DNA from: an uncultured delta proteobacterium
GTDB taxonomy: Bacteria > Desulfobacterota > Binatia > Binatales > Binataceae
Length of the DNA stretch: 64,000 bases
Direction of reading: 5' to 3'
NCBI GenBank assembly: GCA_963808235.1
Contig: CAWEEQ010000004.1
Coordinates: forward strand, 3,296,001 to 3,360,000
Shown: positions 39,393 to 49,835 of the stretch, one piece after another
Numbering within the stretch: position 1 is the first letter of the stretch
Layout: each line of letters starts with the position of its first letter
The notes under the pieces: generated by a model
What the model was told of the DNA's origin: nothing
Seen by the model: only the letters and a program-made list of their open reading frames with translations
Databases searched by the model: none
Translations under genes and position numbers: made by a program

Positions 39393-39432
39393 TTCCCCCG
39401 ACCTCGGTAATGGGCCAGAATTATTCGCGATC

Positions 39433-40447
39433 ATGAATGACATTGCAAGGAAGGGGGCAGCGCCGGGTCGGCTGCGATTTGCCCATCCCAGCGCGCGGGC
39501 ATGCGCTGCGCTCTGCATTTCAGCGCTGATCGCGACCGCGACGATGGCGCCAGCGCCCAGTAATGCTGGCCCGGATTCAGCCTCTGACGCGCCGGCCGCG
39601 CATCCGCATAAGCATCGTCACAAGCCTACTCCCACGCCGACGCCGATGGCGCTGCCGCCCGAGGTCAAGGCCAAGGTTCCGGTTTACAAGCCTGGGCCGG
39701 TGCCGTTTCACGACGGCGAGCAGCTTACCTATCAGGCGAGCTGGCTCGGGATCCCCGCCGCGGAGGCGCGCGTAACGTTCCACAAGAACTTAAAGGATCC
39801 GCGCAGAGTCGCGGCGCGCAAAGATCCGTCGCGCGACGACCCGTCGCCTTCCGACTCGCCGACTCGCCACAGTCTCGATGGGTCGCCGAAGTATGGGTCC
39901 AGACCACGCCGTACGCCGACGTGTTCTACAAGATGCGCGATCACCTGCGCGAGAACGTCGCCGCGGACACGTTGCACTCCGGCTGGATTCACGTCGATCA
40001 ACACGAGAATTCTCGCCTCGACACCTACGATGTGACCTTCGATCGTCCCGCGCAAATGGCCACGGTAAAGAAGACCAGCAAGCACGGGGTCCAGACCAAG
40101 CAGTTCATCGCGTCGGATCCGTTTGGGCCGCTGTCGGGCTCGATGATGGCGCTCAGCCTCGACTTGACACCGGGAAAGACTTACGCCTTCGACGTATTCG
40201 GCGGCAGCCAGCGCTACGTTTTTTCCTTCGATGTGCAGGCGCGCGAACGCATCCACACCGTGCTCGGTGACTTCGACGCTTTACGGATCGTCCCCGATGT
40301 CTGGTACGTGAGCGACGGTCAGTTACGCAGCCAGGCACATGGAACGATGCTCTGGGTGTCGGCAGACAAGCGGCATCTGCCGTTAAGAATTCAGTCGCAG
40401 GCATTCATCGGTGCGGTGTACGCGGATTTGATCAAGGTCGAAGATGA
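39433..40447 (+). CDS. DUF3108-like exported protein, interrupted near 39800-39875 and probably again near its stop
   Basis: PFHDGEQLTYQASWLGIPAA...; WVQTTPYADVFYKMRD...; LWVSADKRHLPLRI. Confidence 0.6.
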
Positions 40448-40572
40448 CGGAAGGCCCGGAGGCTGGCGATCGACCGGCCGGCGATTCGAAATCGCAGTAG
40501 CACGGCGCTGGCAAAATCGCGCCGCGCTCTGTCATTCTCGACCTAGCTACTCCGAACGGGGGAAATCCCGCG

Positions 40573-41170
40573 ATGCCGAAGAAGCTCGAATTTTTCTACG
40601 ACTGCTCCAGCCCGTGGACGTACCTGGCGTTCACCAAGATTCGAAGACGTTGCGACGCGCCACGATGCGGAACTGATCTGGCGGCCGATCCTGGTCGGCG
40701 GGTTGTTCAACACGGTCAATCCGTCGGTTTACGAGAGCCGCGCCAAGCCGGTCCCGGTCAAGGCAAAGTATTACGTCAAAGACCTGCGCGACTGGGCCCA
40801 GTTCTACGGCCTCAAGATTGGCAACCCGAGCGTGTTCCCGGTGAACTCGGTCAAGGCGATGCGCGGCGCATTGGTCGCCGACGAGCATCGGATTATCGCG
40901 CCGTACTCGCTGCGCGTGTTCGAGAGCTACTGGGGCGACGATCGCGATATCAGCAAGGACGAGGTGCTAAGAGAGATCGTGCGCGAAGTCGGACTCGACG
41001 AAAAAGAGTTTTTCACAAAAATTAATTCCGACGAGTACAAATCGCGGTTGCGCGAGAACACCGAGGAGTTGATTGCGCGCGGCGGATTCGGATCGCCCAC
41101 GATGTTCGTCGATGGCGCAATGTTTTTTGGCAACGATCGGCTGCCCCTGGTCGAGCACGCACTGCGCTGA
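40573..41170 (+). CDS. 2-hydroxychromene-2-carboxylate isomerase/DsbA-like (GST kappa), apparent frameshift near 40641
   Basis: EFFYDCSSPWTYLA in one frame, then IEDVATRHDAELIWRPILVGG...GGFGSPTMFV...FFGNDRL in another. Confidence 0.85.
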
Positions 41171-41193
41171 TTTTTCAGGAAGCGACTGGTTCG

Positions 41194-41829
41194 ATGGTTC
41201 ACTGGACGGAAAACCGCCCCCGCGAGCATTCCCACGAAAACTTTCCGCCGCACGATTTGAAGCCGGTGCGGGCATTCGTCGCGATCAGGATGAACGAACA
41301 GGTCGAGGATGCGGTCGCCGCGATGAGCGACGCGATCAAGCGGCCTCGCGACGGTATCCGATGGGTTCCGCGCGCAAACCTGCATATCACGCTCAAGTTC
41401 CTCGGTCCGAGTGTGGACCCGCATCGACTCGAGCGGTTCACGGCAGGGTTGCATGAAGTCGCGATGAAGACCGCCCCGTTCGAGGTCGCGGCACGCGGCC
41501 TGGGCGCGTTTCCAAGCCTAGAGCATCCGCGCGCCGTCTTCGTCGGCCTGCATAGCGTTGAGCTCGGGGCGCTGGCCGCGCGCGTAGAGGCGGCGGCTGC
41601 CGGGTATGGCTTTGAGCACGAGAATCGGCACTGGCGTGGGCATCTGACCATCGGGCGCATCCGCGCGGAACATCGCCTCAACGCCAAGACACGAGCGGCT
41701 CTGGAAGCTGCGAAGGACACCGAGTTCGGCAGTTCGAAGATCGAATCGATCACGCTCTATCGCAGTCATCTCGCGGCCGAAGGGTCGAGTTACGAGGCGC
41801 TCGCGACTTTTCTGTTTCATCATCGCTGA
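41194..41829 (+). CDS. thpR: RNA 2',3'-cyclic phosphodiesterase (2H family)
   Basis: RAFVAI, NLHITLKFLG, HLTIGR; usual position upstream of recA. Confidence 0.9.
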   Translation: MVHWTENRPREHSHENFPPHDLKPVRAFVAIRMNEQVEDAVAAMSDAIKRPRDGIRWVPRANLHITLKFLGPSVDPHRLERFTAGLHEVAMKTAPFEVAARGLGAFPSLEHPRAVFVGLHSVELGALAARVEAAAAGYGFEHENRHWRGHLTIGRIRAEHRLNAKTRAALEAAKDTEFGSSKIESITLYRSHLAAEGSSYEALATFLFHHR

Positions 41830-41996
41830 GGACAGGTCCGGGACAGCCGTCGGTGCACATTTTGTTCTCTGAGGAACACTATCGGATTCGGTCTGGGCAC
41901 CCTGTGGAAACGATTCTTATCGTGGATAGAGCTATCGACGCGCGATTGTGGCAAGATTCGCTTCGCAATACTCAACTTACAAAGTAGGCACGATCG

Positions 41997-43067
41997 ATGG
42001 CGATAGAGATTAAAAGTAAGGCGCTCGATCTGGCGCTTAGCCAGATCGAAAAACAGTTCGGCAAGGGTTCGATCATGAAGCTCGGCGAGCAGGCTATCTC
42101 CGCCGATATCGCGGTGGTGTCGACCGGCTCGCTCGGTCTCGATGTCGCGCTCGGCGTTGGCGGATTGCCGCGCGGCCGGGTGGTCGAAATCTATGGCCCG
42201 GAATCGTCGGGCAAGACCACGCTCGCGCTCGAGTGCATCGCAGAGGCGCAGAAGATGGGCGGCACCTGCGCCTTTATCGACGCCGAGCACGCGCTCGATG
42301 CCGCCTACGCGCGCAAGCTCGGGGTCAAGGTCGAGGACCTGCTCATCTCCCAGCCCGACAACGGCGAGCAGGCGCTCGAGATCACGGAGACGCTGGTGCA
42401 ATCGGGCGCGATCGACGTGCTGGTAATCGATTCGGTGGCGGCGCTGGTGCCGCGCGCGGAAATCGAGGGCGAGATGGGCGAGCCGCAGATGGGCCTGCAG
42501 GCGCGCCTGATGTCGCAGGCGCTGCGCAAGCTGACCTCGATAATTTCGCGCTCGCGGACCATCGTGATTTTCATCAACCAGATTCGAATGAAGATTGGCG
42601 TAATGTTCGGAAATCCGGAGACCACGACCGGCGGCAACGCGCTCAAGTTTTACTCGTCGGTGAGAATCGATATCCGGCGGATCGGCACGATCAAAAACGC
42701 GACCGAGGTGATCGGCTCGCGGACCAAGGTCAAAGTAGTGAAGAACAAGGTCGCGCCGCCGTTTCGCGAGGCCGAATTCGACATCCTGTACGGCACTGGA
42801 ATTTCGAAGGAAGGCGAACTGGTCGACCTCGCCAGCGAGCACAACATCATCGAGAAGCTCGGCGCCTGGTACTCCTACAACGGCGAACGAATCGGCCAGG
42901 GCCGCGAGAACGCGCGCGATCTACTCAAAGCGAATCCAAAGCTCGCCGACGAGATCGAAGGCAAGGTGCGCGAGAAGCTGGCCGCCAAGCCGGTCGCACT
43001 ACCGCCCGACGCCGCCGTCGAGGAGCCGGAGGAAACGCCCGCCCCGTCGCCAAAGAAAAAGGGGTGA
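41997..43067 (+). CDS. recA: Recombinase RecA
   Basis: [46 protein letters not shown]. Confidence 0.99.
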   Translation: MAIEIKSKALDLALSQIEKQFGKGSIMKLGEQAISADIAVVSTGSLGLDVALGVGGLPRGRVVEIYGPESSGKTTLALECIAEAQKMGGTCAFIDAEHALDAAYARKLGVKVEDLLISQPDNGEQALEITETLVQSGAIDVLVIDSVAALVPRAEIEGEMGEPQMGLQARLMSQALRKLTSIISRSRTIVIFINQIRMKIGVMFGNPETTTGGNALKFYSSVRIDIRRIGTIKNATEVIGSRTKVKVVKNKVAPPFREAEFDILYGTGISKEGELVDLASEHNIIEKLGAWYSYNGERIGQGRENARDLLKANPKLADEIEGKVREKLAAKPVALPPDAAVEEPEETPAPSPKKKG

Positions 43068-43090
43068 AATTGCTGCCGTCAAATGGCTTG

Positions 43091-43118
43091 TAGGGTTTGA
43101 TAAGGTTTGATAGGGTTT
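43091..43118 (+). repeat. Three phased 10-bp direct repeats, candidate operator
   Basis: TAGGGTTTGA TAAGGTTTGA TAGGGTTTCG. Confidence 0.75.
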
Positions 43119-43121
43119 CGG

Positions 43122-43325
43122 GTGGGCGCGAAATCGTCTTCCGGTTTGCTCCGCGATTTCCTTACGGTGAGTGCCGCAGCATCATACTTGGGCGTTTCGG
43201 CTTCTACTCTTCGAAACTGGGATCGCGCCGGAAAGCTAGAACCATATAGGCATCCGATCAACGGGTACCGCCTCTATAGCAGGGGGCAACTCGATAAACT
43301 GCTGGCAAAAGTCGGTCGACGATAA
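43122..43325 (+). CDS. Small MerR/excisionase(BldC)-type HTH DNA-binding protein
   Basis: LTVSAAASYLGVSASTLRNWDRAGKL..YRHPINGYRLY; the stop overlaps the MTase start (TAATG). Start is GTG 43122 or TTG 43107. Confidence 0.82.
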   Translation: MGAKSSSGLLRDFLTVSAAASYLGVSASTLRNWDRAGKLEPYRHPINGYRLYSRGQLDKLLAKVGRR

Positions 43326-44335
43326 TGGGGACAAATGACAACCTGGCAACCTTCGGACTCGACTTGAAGTCTCACCAAGTTGGTCAGTCCCTGCTGCTCC
43401 ACGGCGATTGCTTCGACTGGCTCGCGCGCGTGCCGGAAAACTCGATTCACGCGATCGTAACCGACCCTCCTTACGGCGTGAAGGAATTCGACGCCCACGA
43501 ACTTGAGAAGCGCGCCACTGGGAAAGGAGGGGTTTGGAGAATTCCACCTTCGTTTGACGGTTCAATCCGGGCGCCACTACCACGCTTTACGGCGCATTCA
43601 GAATTGGAGCTTAAGCGACTGTCAAAGTTCTTCGAGGATTGGTCGCGGCTGGTCGTTCGCGCGCTCCGGCCCGGAGGGCATATTTTTATCGCTACAAGTT
43701 CCGTCGTGGCAGCGCTCCTCTACGAATCTGTGCGAAAGGGAGGCCTTGAGTTTCGTGGCCAAATCATGCGCACAGTTCGCACTCTGCGCGGGGGCGATCG
43801 TCCCAAGAACGCGCACGAGGAGTTCCCGGATGTGTGTGTTATTCCCAAGGGTTGCTACGAGCCTTGGGGTCTATTCAGAAAACCAGTTCTGCCCGGAATG
43901 ACAGTGGCCGAGTGCTTACGAGCTTTTCAGACTGGCGGTCTGCGCCGGCTAGCGAACGGAAACCCTTTTGAGGATCTAATTCAGAGCGAACGGACGCCAG
44001 CGCGTGAGAAACAAATCGGCGATCATCCGAGCCTTAAGCCTCAGAGCTTCATGAGGCTCCTTGTGTACGCCTCTCTGCCTCTGGGAACCGGGATAGTGGT
44101 CGATACATTTATGGGCGGAGGCGCGACTATAGCCGCCGCAGAAGCGCTTCGTATTTCGTCAATCGGAGTTGAACGAAACGCCGAATACGTGAAGCTCGCG
44201 GTCTCGGCAATACCCCGCCTAAGTGCGTTAGAGATCCCAGGCATCGATGAAATGTGCGGCAGAGGTCAAGGAGGTCTGTTCGACGGACCCAAACGCGCAT
44301 CAGTTTCGCACGGCAAGGTCGATCAAGCCAGGTAG
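43325..44335 (+). CDS. Site-specific DNA amino-methyltransferase (m4C/m6A, beta class)
   Basis: Motif IV VTDPPY precedes HPSLKP and motif I DTFMGGGAT. Confidence 0.9.
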   Translation: MGTNDNLATFGLDLKSHQVGQSLLLHGDCFDWLARVPENSIHAIVTDPPYGVKEFDAHELEKRATGKGGVWRIPPSFDGSIRAPLPRFTAHSELELKRLSKFFEDWSRLVVRALRPGGHIFIATSSVVAALLYESVRKGGLEFRGQIMRTVRTLRGGDRPKNAHEEFPDVCVIPKGCYEPWGLFRKPVLPGMTVAECLRAFQTGGLRRLANGNPFEDLIQSERTPAREKQIGDHPSLKPQSFMRLLVYASLPLGTGIVVDTFMGGGATIAAAEALRISSIGVERNAEYVKLAVSAIPRLSALEIPGIDEMCGRGQGGLFDGPKRASVSHGKVDQAR

Positions 44336-44952
44336 ATCCAATTGTTCTTGAGTTTTCCCTCGCCTTCTTTTGTGACAGAGGCAGTGATCGTCCGGCGGCT
44401 CGTCTCACTCCGACCCGAGAACTTCCAGTCGGCGAGAGCTAACTTAGCCAAATATACGGACCGAAATTCAAAGGGCACCGGCTCGGCATCATGAGCCGAA
44501 GAACTGTTTGCTCGGAACACGAACACCATGAGCCAGCTTGCCTCGGCGTTGTGCCCTTGCCAGCCACCGGGATAGCGAGACGCCTTTACCTCGATGCCTG
44601 CCGGTCCGTGCAGAACTAGATCGTTGGGATAGCGTCCCTGCGGAACCAAATCGGGATGCCCGTTGTGATACCGGTTTTTAACGAGCCCGACGCAGTGTTT
44701 GGGTATTGATGAGACAATGAATTCACCAACGAGGCTCGAAAAGTTCGCAGGCATCATGAGCATCTCAATGCGCGGCAAATCGCGGCTCCTGAGCTGATCG
44801 TTCAGGAAGCCCAGGAAATCGATGAATGTGACCATCGACTTCCGCACCGCTTTGACCGTGCAGCCATACGGAAGCTTGGACTGTGTGTTGAAGCGGCCTG
44901 AATCGACCGGAATTGGGGCGCAGGCTGCTTTTTCTAGTTCGGTCGTAGACAG
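44323..44952 (-). CDS. Putative PD-(D/E)xK restriction endonuclease
   Basis: GHPDL...GIEVKAS; convergent on and overlapping the MTase. The frame stays open upstream of GTG 44847 to a CTG at 44952 preceded by GGGGGA. Confidence 0.68.
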   Translation of the reverse strand: MSTTELEKAACAPIPVDSGRFNTQSKLPYGCTVKAVRKSMVTFIDFLGFLNDQLRSRDLPRIEMLMMPANFSSLVGEFIVSSIPKHCVGLVKNRYHNGHPDLVPQGRYPNDLVLHGPAGIEVKASRYPGGWQGHNAEASWLMVFVFRANSSSAHDAEPVPFEFRSVYLAKLALADWKFSGRSETSRRTITASVTKEGEGKLKNNWIYLA

Positions 44953-45025
44953 GTTGTTGATCCCCCGAATGCGCGGAGACTAGGCAACAAATCGTGTCAA
45001 CGCAACCCGGCTCGTGGATAGAAGC

Positions 45026-46009
45026 TCACATCGCGACGTGAAAATGTGCGGCTATCGCGGGGCCGTTGTGCGAGATGATTCGCGACAGCGCGAATAACAG
45101 TCCGAAGAACGCGCCGAAAAGGCCGCCGTTGACACGAATCCAGTCGAGGTGGGTGCGCGTTTTCGACTCGATCTGAATTCTGATCTGATCGTCGTTCAAC
45201 CGAGCGAGGTTCTCCCTGACCATGTGCGTTATCTCGCCGCGGCTCGACTCGACCGTCCGGCTGACCAACGCGTCGATAAGTCGCTGCGCGAGTTTTCGCG
45301 CGTAGCTTTCGGGGTCGTGAAGCTGCTCGCCGAATTCGTGGATCGCGGTTTCGCAGGTGCGCAGGATTTCGGGATCGTTGCGCAGTTCGGGCAGCCTTTT
45401 CCGCAGCGTCTCCGCGATTCGAGAGGTTATGGTTCGCGAGCCGAACCGGTTGATTACCGCGTAGATTCGGGTGAAGGTTTTCGGCAGCGCTTTCTTTAGA
45501 ATTCCTTCGAGGCGATCGCGATCCTCCGGCGATTCAAGGTACTCGATCGCCCGGTTCAGGATGCGTTCTATCCCGGCCTGGCCGAGCAACTCGTCAAGAT
45601 TGACTTCCTCGAGAAATGTACCGAGCCGCCCGACCAGGTCCATGTCGTTCAGCTTCCTGCCGATCATGACCGGCGTCAGCCATTCGTTCTCAATCGTCGC
45701 GGCGATTCCGTCGATCAGCTTGGCGCGATTTCTCGGCAGCACGCCGGAATTGGGCAGGTACCATCGACGCTCGAAGATCATCTTGAGCGCGATGTAATCG
45801 CATAGCCCGCCGATCAGCGCCGCCTCCGCCATCGAGACCGCAATCTCGGCACTGGTTTTGAAATGGGTGAACATCAAGACGCCCAGGCTGACGAAATAAA
45901 CGAGGAACGAAAATGCCAGCGTCAGATCGCCCTTGTGATTCATCAAAAAATCGGTGTAGGTGGGAGCTTTGCGGCGCGCGCTGGTTGGAGCGTTGATGCT
46001 GATGTCCAT
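45026..46009 (-). CDS. DUF445 family membrane protein
   Basis: AEAALIGGLCDYIALKMIF, SGVLPRNR, LDWIRVNGGLFG. Confidence 0.85.
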   Translation of the reverse strand: MDISINAPTSARRKAPTYTDFLMNHKGDLTLAFSFLVYFVSLGVLMFTHFKTSAEIAVSMAEAALIGGLCDYIALKMIFERRWYLPNSGVLPRNRAKLIDGIAATIENEWLTPVMIGRKLNDMDLVGRLGTFLEEVNLDELLGQAGIERILNRAIEYLESPEDRDRLEGILKKALPKTFTRIYAVINRFGSRTITSRIAETLRKRLPELRNDPEILRTCETAIHEFGEQLHDPESYARKLAQRLIDALVSRTVESSRGEITHMVRENLARLNDDQIRIQIESKTRTHLDWIRVNGGLFGAFFGLLFALSRIISHNGPAIAAHFHVAM

Positions 46010-46115
46010 ATAACCAGTCTGGCCGACCGCTCGGGTTTGGCCAACTGCTGCACGCAGTCGAAAGGCTGCTTTGATTATTCATTTGGAACGCGCGCTCAAA
46101 TAGAATCAGGGCTGC

Positions 46116-48782
46116 ATGCGCTGGACTACCGCAAAAATCAGAAGCTCCTTTCTCAAGTTCTTTGAGGAACGCGGGCATACGATCGTGCCGTCGGCGTCGC
46201 TGATTCCACGCGGTGACCCGACGCTCCTGTTCGTCAACGCCGGGATGGTTCCGTTCAAGGATTATTTCCTGGGCATCCGCACGCCGCCGAGTCCTCGAAT
46301 CGTCAATTGCCAGAAGGTGCTGCGGCTCTCGGGCAAGCACAACGACCTCGAAGCAGTCGGCCGCGACACTTTTCATCACACGTTTTTCGAGATGCTCGGG
46401 AACTGGTCGTTCGGCGACTACTACAAGAAAGAAGCGATTCCGTGGCATTGGGAACTGATCACCAAGGTCTGGGAAATCGATCCGAAGCTGCTCTACGCGA
46501 CAGTTCACAAGGACGACAAAGAGGCCGAAGACATCTGGCTGCAGATGAAGGTCCTGCCGCGCGACCGGATTCTGCAATTCGGCGACAAAGACAATTTCTG
46601 GGAGATGGGCTCGACCGGCCCATGCGGTCCTAACTCCGAAATCAGCATCGACCGCGGCGAAAGCGCGTGCACTCCGGAAAAAAATCACGCGGGCCAGAAA
46701 TGTTTCGTGAACGTCGACGGATGCGAGCGATTCATCGAGATCGGCAACCTCGTTTTCATTCAGTACAATCGCGACGCGTCGGGCGCGCTGACCCCGCTGC
46801 CGATGAAACACGTCGACACGGGCACCGGACTCGAGCGCACCGCGGCGGCGTTACAGAGCATCGAGACCGGCCGTGTGCTCGGCGATTACGATATCGACCT
46901 GTTCCAGACGATCATCAAAAAGATTGAAGAGTGCGCGCAAAAGTTCGGCGACAAGTCGCGCTACGGCGAGAAGGAAGAGAGTGATGTGGCGTTTCGCGCG
47001 ATTGCGGATCATGCGCGCACGATGACCTTTTTGATCGCGGAGGGCATCAATCCCGGCAACACCGATCGCGAGTACGTGTTGCGCAGAATAATCCGGCGCG
47101 CGGCGCGTCACGGCCGCTACCTTGGAATCCATCGCCCTTTCCTCGCGACCGCTCACGCGGGCGTGGTCGAGGCGATGGGCGACGCGTATCCCGAGATCAA
47201 GAACGCGGCCGACAAGGCTGCCGAAATAATAACGCAGGAAGAATCGCGCTTTGGCGAGACGCTCGATCGCGGACTCGAACTAATCGACACGGAGCTCGCG
47301 CGCATCAGGAAGAGCGGCGGACATGCGCTCTCCGGCGAAGTCGCGTTCAAACTCTACGACACTTACGGATTTCCGCTCGACTTGACCGAGGACGTGCTGC
47401 GCAATCACTCAATGAACGTCGACGTCGCGGCCTTCGACCGGCTTATGGAAGAGCAGAAGGAACGCGGAAGAGCCGCGCGCAAAGATGACGCGATCGCTTC
47501 CGAGATCAGCCTTGCCAGCGGAACTGCGTCCCGATTCGTCGGCCATAGCAGCTACGAAGGCGAGTCCGAAGTGCTAGCTGCGACGGCACCCGGCAAAATC
47601 GGCGAGCAGGTGGCGATCGTCGTCGCGGAGACACCCTTCTACCCGGAAGGGGGCGGACAAGTTGGCGACCGCGGCGTGATCGAGACCGCGTCCGGCGCGA
47701 TCCTCGAGGTCTCGGACACGCGCAAGGCCGAAGGCTCGATTCTCCACCTGGGCCGCATCCTACGCGGCGAGGCCGGCGACTTTGCGAAGGGCGCGCGCGT
47801 CAAGCTCAAGGTCGATCGCCTCCGCCGCGACGCGACGATGCTGAATCATTCGGCGACCCACATCCTCCACTACGCGCTCCGCGAAATTCTGGGCAGTTCG
47901 GTGCATCAGGCGGGCTCCTTGGTTGAGCCAGACCGGCTGCGCTTCGATTTCGCGCACCAGGGACCGGTCAAGGACGACGCGCTCGCGACGATCGAAGAAG
48001 AGATCAACGCGCGCATCCGCGAAAACGCCGAAGTCACTACCGAGGAGATGGCGTACGACGACGCGATCAAAGCCGGCGCGCTCGCGTTTTTCGGCGACAA
48101 GTACGGCGACCGCGTGCGAGTCGTGAAGATGGGCGATTTTTCGGTCGAGCTATGCGGCGGCACCCATATTTCGCGCACCGGCGACGTCGGAGTCTTCAAA
48201 CTCGAAGCGGAATCGGGCGTCGCCGCGGGAGTGCGCCGAGTCGAGGCGGTGACGGGACAGGGCGCGCTCGAGACAATCCGCAAGCGCGAGAAGATCCTCG
48301 AAGAAATCGGCGCACAGCTCGGCGCTCGCGACGGCGCCGCGGTCGAGCGGCTCGAAAAACTGCTCGCGCGCGAAAGGGAGCTGGAGAAAAAGCTTCGCGC
48401 GATGGAACAAAAGCTGGCAGATGGCGCTGGCGGCGCATCGTCGGAAGAAAACGTGCGCGAGGTTGCCGGCATCAAAGTCGTCACGCGCAAGCTCGACGGC
48501 GTCGATCCGCGCACGATGCGCGAGATGGCCGATCGGATGCGCCAGAAGCACGGCTCGGCCGTGGTAGCACTCGGCTCCGACTTGGGCGAGGGCAAAGTCG
48601 CGCTGCTGGTCGCGGTGACGCCGGACCTTACGGCGAAGATCAAAGCCGGCGACATCATCAAGAACATCGCGCCGATCGTAGGCGGCACCGGCGGCGGCCG
48701 GCCGGATTTGGCGCAAGCGGGCGGCCGCGATGCGTCCAGGCTCGACGAGGCGCTGGCAAAGGTCGCGTCGCTGATTGGTTGA
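46116..48782 (+). CDS. alaS: Alanine--tRNA ligase
   Basis: DPTLLFVNAGM, HHTFFEMLGN, NHSATH, ELCGGTH, GGGRPDLAQAGG. Confidence 0.99.
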   Translation: MRWTTAKIRSSFLKFFEERGHTIVPSASLIPRGDPTLLFVNAGMVPFKDYFLGIRTPPSPRIVNCQKVLRLSGKHNDLEAVGRDTFHHTFFEMLGNWSFGDYYKKEAIPWHWELITKVWEIDPKLLYATVHKDDKEAEDIWLQMKVLPRDRILQFGDKDNFWEMGSTGPCGPNSEISIDRGESACTPEKNHAGQKCFVNVDGCERFIEIGNLVFIQYNRDASGALTPLPMKHVDTGTGLERTAAALQSIETGRVLGDYDIDLFQTIIKKIEECAQKFGDKSRYGEKEESDVAFRAIADHARTMTFLIAEGINPGNTDREYVLRRIIRRAARHGRYLGIHRPFLATAHAGVVEAMGDAYPEIKNAADKAAEIITQEESRFGETLDRGLELIDTELARIRKSGGHALSGEVAFKLYDTYGFPLDLTEDVLRNHSMNVDVAAFDRLMEEQKERGRAARKDDAIASEISLASGTASRFVGHSSYEGESEVLAATAPGKIGEQVAIVVAETPFYPEGGGQVGDRGVIETASGAILEVSDTRKAEGSILHLGRILRGEAGDFAKGARVKLKVDRLRRDATMLNHSATHILHYALREILGSSVHQAGSLVEPDRLRFDFAHQGPVKDDALATIEEEINARIRENAEVTTEEMAYDDAIKAGALAFFGDKYGDRVRVVKMGDFSVELCGGTHISRTGDVGVFKLEAESGVAAGVRRVEAVTGQGALETIRKREKILEEIGAQLGARDGAAVERLEKLLARERELEKKLRAMEQKLADGAGGASSEENVREVAGIKVVTRKLDGVDPRTMREMADRMRQKHGSAVVALGSDLGEGKVALLVAVTPDLTAKIKAGDIIKNIAPIVGGTGGGRPDLAQAGGRDASRLDEALAKVASLIG

Positions 48783-48806
48783 CAGTTTCAAAATTGGAGA
48801 AAATCA

Positions 48807-49757
48807 ATGGCAAAAACATTTGGTTCGGAATCGACGGCGGACGAGGTTCTCGAGGGCGTCAATCTTTCGGGCAAGCGGGTACTTGTGACCGGCGTCTCGG
48901 CCGGCTTGGGCGTCGAGACCGCCCGCTCACTCGTCACGCACGGCGCCACCGTGGTGGGCACCGCGCGTGATCTGAACAAAGCGCGCAAGGCGCTGGCGGA
49001 AGCGGGCAACACGAAGGTGGATCTGGTCGAAGCCGATCTCGCTTCGCTGAGCAGCGTGCGCAAGGCGGCGAGCGAGTTGTTGGCGCGCGCCAAACCCTTC
49101 GACGTGATCATCGCGAATGCGGGCGTGATGGCGTGTCCGCGGGGCAAGACCCAGGACGGTTTCGAAACGCAATTCGGTACCAATCATCTCGGGCACTTCG
49201 TGCTGGTCAATCGGCTCGCGCCGCTGCTGAAGCAGGGCGCTCGAATCGTGAATCTTTCCTCGGCGGGTCATCAGATCAGCGATGTCGACCTTGAAGATCC
49301 GAATTTCGAGCGGACTCCCTATCAGGCTTTTGCCGCGTATGGCCGTTCGAAGACGGCAAATATTTTGTATGCGGTTGCTCTCGACAGCCGGCTCAAGGGA
49401 CGCGGCGTGCGCGCGACTGCAATACATCCCGGCGGAATCCAGACCGAACTCGGCCGCCATCTCACGCCTGAACTCATCGAGCAGATGATGGCGCGAATCA
49501 ACAAAGGTGCGACCGGCCAGGCGCCTGCGTTTCGTTTCAAGACGGTGCCTCAAGGGTCGGCAACCTCCGTATGGAGCGGCTTCGTCGCATCGGCCGACGC
49601 GGTTGGCGGGCATTACTGCGAGGACTGCCACGTATGCGCCGTGAATGACGACACCACCTCGCGAGTCGGCGTGCGCTCCTATGCTCTCGACCTCAACCGC
49701 GCGAACGCCTTGTGGCGCAAAAGCGAAGAGATGGTCGGCGAGCATTTCGAGTTGTAG
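48807..49757 (+). CDS. SDR oxidoreductase (retinol dehydrogenase/WWOX-like)
   Basis: TGVSAGLG, ANAGVM, QFGTNHLGHF, YGRSKTAN. Confidence 0.88.
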   Translation: MAKTFGSESTADEVLEGVNLSGKRVLVTGVSAGLGVETARSLVTHGATVVGTARDLNKARKALAEAGNTKVDLVEADLASLSSVRKAASELLARAKPFDVIIANAGVMACPRGKTQDGFETQFGTNHLGHFVLVNRLAPLLKQGARIVNLSSAGHQISDVDLEDPNFERTPYQAFAAYGRSKTANILYAVALDSRLKGRGVRATAIHPGGIQTELGRHLTPELIEQMMARINKGATGQAPAFRFKTVPQGSATSVWSGFVASADAVGGHYCEDCHVCAVNDDTTSRVGVRSYALDLNRANALWRKSEEMVGEHFEL

Positions 49758-49835
49758 TGGAGAGTTCACGCCGAAGGCGCTTTCCCAACCGCGCCGAAAT
49801 GATTACGATTAATTTCGCCGGCGCGTGAACGATCC

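Noticed and set aside
43068-46115. Prophage or ICE at the recA-alaS interval
   Set aside because: No integrase, transposase, att-like repeats or phage genes; only a small cassette and a DUF445 gene.
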